Source: Bacillota bacterium
GTDB taxonomy: Bacteria > Bacillota > Clostridia > Peptostreptococcales > Anaerovoracaceae
Assembly (NCBI GenBank): GCA_041836105.1
Contig: JBGYKY010000016.1
Span: 1 to 37,289, forward strand
DNA length: 37,289 nucleotides
Direction of reading: 5' to 3'
In this document: positions 33,697 through 37,289 of the stretch, one piece after another
Position numbering within the stretch: the stretch's first letter is position 1
Layout of the letters: each line of letters begins with the position of its first letter
The notes under the pieces: model-generated
The model's input: the letters and a program-made list of their open reading frames with translations, nothing else
Databases searched by the model: none
Told to the model about the DNA's origin: nothing
Made by a program: the position numbers and the translations under genes

Positions 33697-34442
33697 GCCT
33701 GCACCTCCATGATCCGATCCGACCAATAATACCCCGCTCCGATAGCCAGGAGCGCCAGGGTCATAATCAAGGCCCCGGCTCCGGTCTGATACAGGGGCTG
33801 TAAGTATTCCGGTGAAGTGATTCGCAGGAAAAACAGTACCAGCACCGGCATCAGGCTGATCATTCTGGCTTCTGATCTTTTTTGTGCGCTGAGCACCTGC
33901 AATTCCTGATGAAGCTTCATTTTGTCCGAAATAATCTGACAGGTCAGGCGAATGGCCTGCTCCATGTCCCCGCCCGTTCTGCGGCAAACGGAATAGGAAC
34001 GGACAAAATCCTTCAGATCCTCCAATGGGGATTCGTCGGCCAGCCTTTCCAGCAGCAGAATATCAGCCTCCCGACTGTTTTTCCGATCCGCTACCAGCTT
34101 TTCCAGCCCAGCAATAAGCTCCGTTTTCCGATGATGATGGAGCAACAGGCGGGCCAGGGATTCCTCCGTACCTTCTTCCATAGACCGCCCGCTTTCAATG
34201 GAAGCGGCCAGCGTCTGCAAAAATTCCAGGAACTGGCCCTGCTGACGCTGCAGCTCTTTTCTGACGGCCATCTGCCGAAAGACAGCCCAAAGAGCACCGG
34301 TCAGCACCACACTTCCTACAGCGGCCACAACCGGCCTGTTATAAAAAAGGGTCAGCACTGCCGCCCAGCATAAAATGGAAAGCACCCCATATTGGATATC
34401 ACTGCCGGCTACACGCCGAGGCATCCGGGAAAGAAGCTTCAT
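33693..34442 (-). CDS. TadB-like type II secretion system F-family membrane protein
   Basis: Three TM regions flank a helical cytoplasmic domain (LQTLAASIESGRSMEEG..., ARMISLMPVLVLFFL). The ATG overlaps the cpaF TGA (ATGA). Confidence 0.7.
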   Translation of the reverse strand: MKLLSRMPRRVAGSDIQYGVLSILCWAAVLTLFYNRPVVAAVGSVVLTGALWAVFRQMAVRKELQRQQGQFLEFLQTLAASIESGRSMEEGTEESLARLLLHHHRKTELIAGLEKLVADRKNSREADILLLERLADESPLEDLKDFVRSYSVCRRTGGDMEQAIRLTCQIISDKMKLHQELQVLSAQKRSEARMISLMPVLVLFFLRITSPEYLQPLYQTGAGALIMTLALLAIGAGYYWSDRIMEVQA

Positions 34443-35635
34443 GATCTTCCTCCGTTCATTTCAAGCTTTCGGATATTTTTTAGAGGATTTCCCGTAGCGA
34501 CCAAGCCATTATTTATGTCATAAATAAATAATTTATTTAGCGAAATCCGATCCTGCTCCAGCCCTGTAATTTCCGCAATCTCCATGACCACCCTCCGCTG
34601 ATCTGCCATGCGCCCCAGATGGACCATCAGGTCAATGCCCTCCGCGAGCTGCCCCCGAATAGCCGGGATCGGGTAATCTGCCGCCTGAAGAAACATGGCC
34701 TCCAGGCGGTACAGCATCCCTTCGGGAGAATTGCCATGACCTGTAGATAAGCTGCCGTCATGCCCCGTATTCATAGCCTGGATCATATCGACTACCTCAC
34801 TGCCCCGAACCTCCCCTACCACAATCCGGTCCGGACGCATTCGCAGACTGGCCCGGATCAGTTGATTCATCTCGATCTGCCCCTTCCCCTGTGCATTGGC
34901 AGTCCGGCACTCCAAACGAACCAGATTGCGGGTCGGATCCAGCTGAAGCTCTGCAGAGTCTTCAATGACGATGATCCGATCCTTCCGCGGGATGTAATCG
35001 GATAGAATATTCAGGAAAGTGGTCTTGCCGGATGAGGTACCGCCGCTGATAAAAATGTTGTATCCGGCCCGCACCATTTGCCTTAAAAACTCAGCGGCTT
35101 CCCGGGTGACGGTTCCGCTACGGATGAGGTGTTCCATGGTCAGCGCCTGCCGGGGAAATTTGCGAATGGTTAAAACCGGACCATCCAACGCCACATTGCT
35201 GTATACGGCATTGACTCGGGAGCCGTCCGGCAGCCGGGCATCCAAAATAGGGGTGCGCTCGTTGATTTCCCGGTGGACACGTGCGCCAATCCGCCGTATG
35301 ACCTCGTGAAGCTCCTGTGCATTCATAAAATTCAGCTCTGTTTTTTCAGTGTGACCACGCCTTTCAATGTAAATGGAATCCGTACCGTTTACCATGATTT
35401 CCGAGATGCTGTCATCGGCGATCAGCGGTTCCAAAATCCCCATATCCCGCCTCAATGTGCAGAAGATCTGATTGACGATGCGCACCTTCATTTTGAAATG
35501 GGTTTCCGCCAGCTCCGGGTCCCGAAGCACCATCTCCTCGGCCAGCTCTGCTACCTGCTGATCCGAAATGACCTCTCCCGCCTGCTGTATCTGCTTCCGT
35601 ACTTCTTCGGTAATGCGAAGAATAATGTGATTCAT
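34439..35635 (-). CDS. cpaF: CpaF/TadA-family secretion ATPase (T2SS/T4P/T4SS ATPase superfamily)
   Basis: EIMVNG, Walker A ISGGTSSGKTTFLN, IVIEDSAEL, RMRPDRIVVGEVRG and TGHDGSLSTGH. Confidence 0.9.
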   Translation of the reverse strand: MNHIILRITEEVRKQIQQAGEVISDQQVAELAEEMVLRDPELAETHFKMKVRIVNQIFCTLRRDMGILEPLIADDSISEIMVNGTDSIYIERRGHTEKTELNFMNAQELHEVIRRIGARVHREINERTPILDARLPDGSRVNAVYSNVALDGPVLTIRKFPRQALTMEHLIRSGTVTREAAEFLRQMVRAGYNIFISGGTSSGKTTFLNILSDYIPRKDRIIVIEDSAELQLDPTRNLVRLECRTANAQGKGQIEMNQLIRASLRMRPDRIVVGEVRGSEVVDMIQAMNTGHDGSLSTGHGNSPEGMLYRLEAMFLQAADYPIPAIRGQLAEGIDLMVHLGRMADQRRVVMEIAEITGLEQDRISLNKLFIYDINNGLVATGNPLKNIRKLEMNGGRS

Positions 35636-35662
35636 GGCTTTATCCTTTTTACATTTTTTACC

Positions 35663-35691
35663 ATTATACCATAAAAAATATCGGCTGTAAA
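35663..35691 (-). promoter_or_regulatory. Promoter of the Tad-like operon (TTTACA-17-TATAAT with TGg extension)
   Basis: On the minus strand, -35 is the reverse complement of 35686-35691 and -10 is the reverse complement of 35663-35668, with TG at 35670-35671. It lies about 28 nt upstream of the cpaF ATG. Confidence 0.6.
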
Positions 35692-35708
35692 CATTTACCA
35701 GCCGATAT
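35678..35708 (-). terminator. Rho-independent terminator after the histidine kinase gene
   Basis: A 10-bp stem, ATATCGGCTG-11 nt-CAGCCGATAT. On the minus strand it is followed by TTTTTTAT. Confidence 0.6.
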
Positions 35709-35728
35709 AGAAAAAATTTTTTCCATCC

Positions 35729-36679
35729 TCAGTCTGATGCAGAACCGTCGCCCGGCGTCTCAACGCTGCGCCGGTCATCCTTCCAAGGGAGAATGATGGA
35801 AAATACCGTCCCTCGGTTCAGCTCGCTCTCCACTCGAAGCTCCCCGTCAAAAAGCGGGACGATATGCTTCACGATAGACAGTCCGAGACCGGTTCCCCCC
35901 GCTTTAGATGATCGAGAGGGCTCCACCCGGTAAAACCGCTCGAAAAGACGATCCAGATGCTCCGGAGCAATACCGATTCCCTGGTCCGCCACCTGAAGCA
36001 GCAGCCGATGAGCTTCCGGCATGGAACGGCCGGTGATTCGAACCTCTCCTCCCTCTTTGGAATATTTTATGGCGTTCTCAATCAGGTTCAGCATCATTTG
36101 CTTAAATCGGTCTTCGCTTCCAAAAACAACCAGATCTGGCTCCACCTCCAAAATGATCCGGATCCCCCGATCCTCCGCAATGGGGATGATGGAAGAAACA
36201 ATCTCCAGCAGCGATCGGCGGATAGGGATCGGATGATCTGCCGGAATGCTGCGCTTGTTTTCAATATCGGAAAGGATCAGCAGGTCTTCGATCAGGCGCG
36301 TCAGCCTGGCAGTTTCGATGGACATTATATCGAGAAATCTGTTCCGCACCTCCGGGTTCTCCGCAGCGCCTCCCTGAAGGGTCTCCAGGAATCCCTGAAT
36401 AGAGGTCAGGGGCGTTTTCAGTTCATGGCTGACGTTGGCCACAAATTCGCTTCGGATCCGCTCGGAGCGAGTATTTTCTTCCCGGGCCTTTTCCAGCTGC
36501 CCTTTCAAAGCCTCAATGGGCCGGATGACCCAGCGGTACAGAAGGGCCGCCAGGGCCAAAGAAAGGCCCACGCTTACGACCATCCCATAGAAGGGATGGT
36601 CGTAATGCCCGGCCAGTAAAAATATAGAATAATTCATGATCGCCGTCAGCGCCGCAAACGCCAGCCATTTGCTTTTCAT
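35729..36679 (-). CDS. Sensor histidine kinase (PhoR/ResE-like core, two TM helices with a minimal extracellular loop)
   Basis: H-box FVANVSHELKTPLTSIQGF, N-box MLNLIENAIKYS, and G-boxes DQGIGI / GTGLGLSIVK. The ATG overlaps the response regulator TGA. Confidence 0.9.
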   Translation of the reverse strand: MKSKWLAFAALTAIMNYSIFLLAGHYDHPFYGMVVSVGLSLALAALLYRWVIRPIEALKGQLEKAREENTRSERIRSEFVANVSHELKTPLTSIQGFLETLQGGAAENPEVRNRFLDIMSIETARLTRLIEDLLILSDIENKRSIPADHPIPIRRSLLEIVSSIIPIAEDRGIRIILEVEPDLVVFGSEDRFKQMMLNLIENAIKYSKEGGEVRITGRSMPEAHRLLLQVADQGIGIAPEHLDRLFERFYRVEPSRSSKAGGTGLGLSIVKHIVPLFDGELRVESELNRGTVFSIILPWKDDRRSVETPGDGSASD

Positions 36680-37289
36680 GCCATCTTATACCCTTTCCCC
36701 CGGACAGTCTGAATATAGTTGAGCTCCTGGTCTGAAAGCCCCAGCTTGCGTCGGATATATCGGATGTGGACATCAACGGTCCGCGTTTCACCGGCATAAT
36801 CGATGCCCCACACCTTATCCAGCAGCTGATCCCGGGTGAAAACAATCCCTCGATTGATGCTGAGGAAAGTAATCAGATCAAATTCCCGCGCGGTCAGATC
36901 AATCCTTTCTCCCCGGAAGGAAACCTGGTGACGATGGGAATCAATGATCAGCTCGTCAATGACGATCAGCCCCGCGGCCTCTGATGCCCCAGCGGCTCCC
37001 CGATTGTCCTCCCTCTCGTCCGTGCGCCGCAGAACGGCGTTGATCCTGGCCATCAGCTCCCGGATACCGAAGGGCTTTGTGATGTAATCGTCGGCCCCGA
37101 ACTCCAGCCCCATGACCTTATCCACCTCATCGCTTTTGGCGGTCAGCATGATAATAGGCGTATGATTTCCCTCACTTCGGAGCTCCCTGCAGATGTCATA
37201 GCCGTCTTTCCCAGGCAGCATGATGTCCAGCAGGATCAGATCCGGCTTTTCCACATGCACCAGGGTGATCCCCATGATACCGTCATCCG
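36676..37289 (-). CDS. OmpR/PhoB-family response regulator. Partial: the N-terminus lies beyond the window end
   Basis: The receiver region reads PDLILLDIMLPGKDGYDICRELR...IIMLTAK...DDYITKPF. The C-terminal winged-helix region reads LTAREFDLITFL...TVDVHIRYIRRKL...IQTVRGKGY. The reading frame is open to base 37289. Confidence 0.9.
   Translation of the reverse strand, partial: DDGIMGITLVHVEKPDLILLDIMLPGKDGYDICRELRSEGNHTPIIMLTAKSDEVDKVMGLEFGADDYITKPFGIRELMARINAVLRRTDEREDNRGAAGASEAAGLIVIDELIIDSHRHQVSFRGERIDLTAREFDLITFLSINRGIVFTRDQLLDKVWGIDYAGETRTVDVHIRYIRRKLGLSDQELNYIQTVRGKGYKMA

Noticed and set aside
33013-33729. A 238-aa plus-strand ORF.
   Set aside because: It is antisense to the TadC-like gene. 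It is a shadow ORF.
33697-33987. A 97-codon N-terminal extension of the TadC-like ORF.
   Set aside because: It lies inside the tadB-like gene. The ATGA overlap at 33693-33696 is consistent with the coupling pattern of the rest of the operon.

Overview
A 37.3-kb chromosomal segment, roughly 55-60% GC by eye, probably from a spore-forming Firmicute of the Clostridia. That placement is an inference from three features: the ruvCAB-spoIID-like-queA-tgt cluster, argR-recN, and an ispH::S1 fusion gene. I found no rRNA, tRNA, CRISPR array or transposase. Most of the window is housekeeping: Holliday-junction resolution, queuosine synthesis, RecN, RarA, IspH/S1, a 23S rRNA methyltransferase and a P-type Ca-ATPase. 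Four modules stand out.

(1) An NrtR-type NAD salvage operon at 3.2-7.8 kb, in the order nrtR-pncA-prs-like-nadV-like-nadE. The regulator gene carries a single in-frame TGA. Two GT-N7-AC palindromes overlap a strong promoter. The pairing of a Prs-like gene with a NAMPT-like gene resembles the phage ADPR-to-NAD 'NARP1' enzyme pair.

(2) Divergent from that operon is a MazG-like NTP pyrophosphatase gene. It is translationally coupled to a very large HD-domain protein gene (over 915 aa). That gene is missing from the supplied ORF track because it runs off the left edge.

(3) An eight-gene Tad/Flp-like type IVb pilus operon at 29.5-35.7 kb: cpaF, tadB-like, tadC-like, flp, and TadE/TadG-like pseudopilins, one of which carries a duplicated zinc-ribbon module, plus an orphan gene. 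It lies directly downstream of an OmpR/PhoR-type two-component system.

(4) An AT-rich two-gene islet at 14.4-16.0 kb.

Several starts in the ORF track appear over-extended. I corrected them using ATGA stop/start overlaps and Shine-Dalgarno positions. All functional calls come from motif recognition by eye; no database search was possible.
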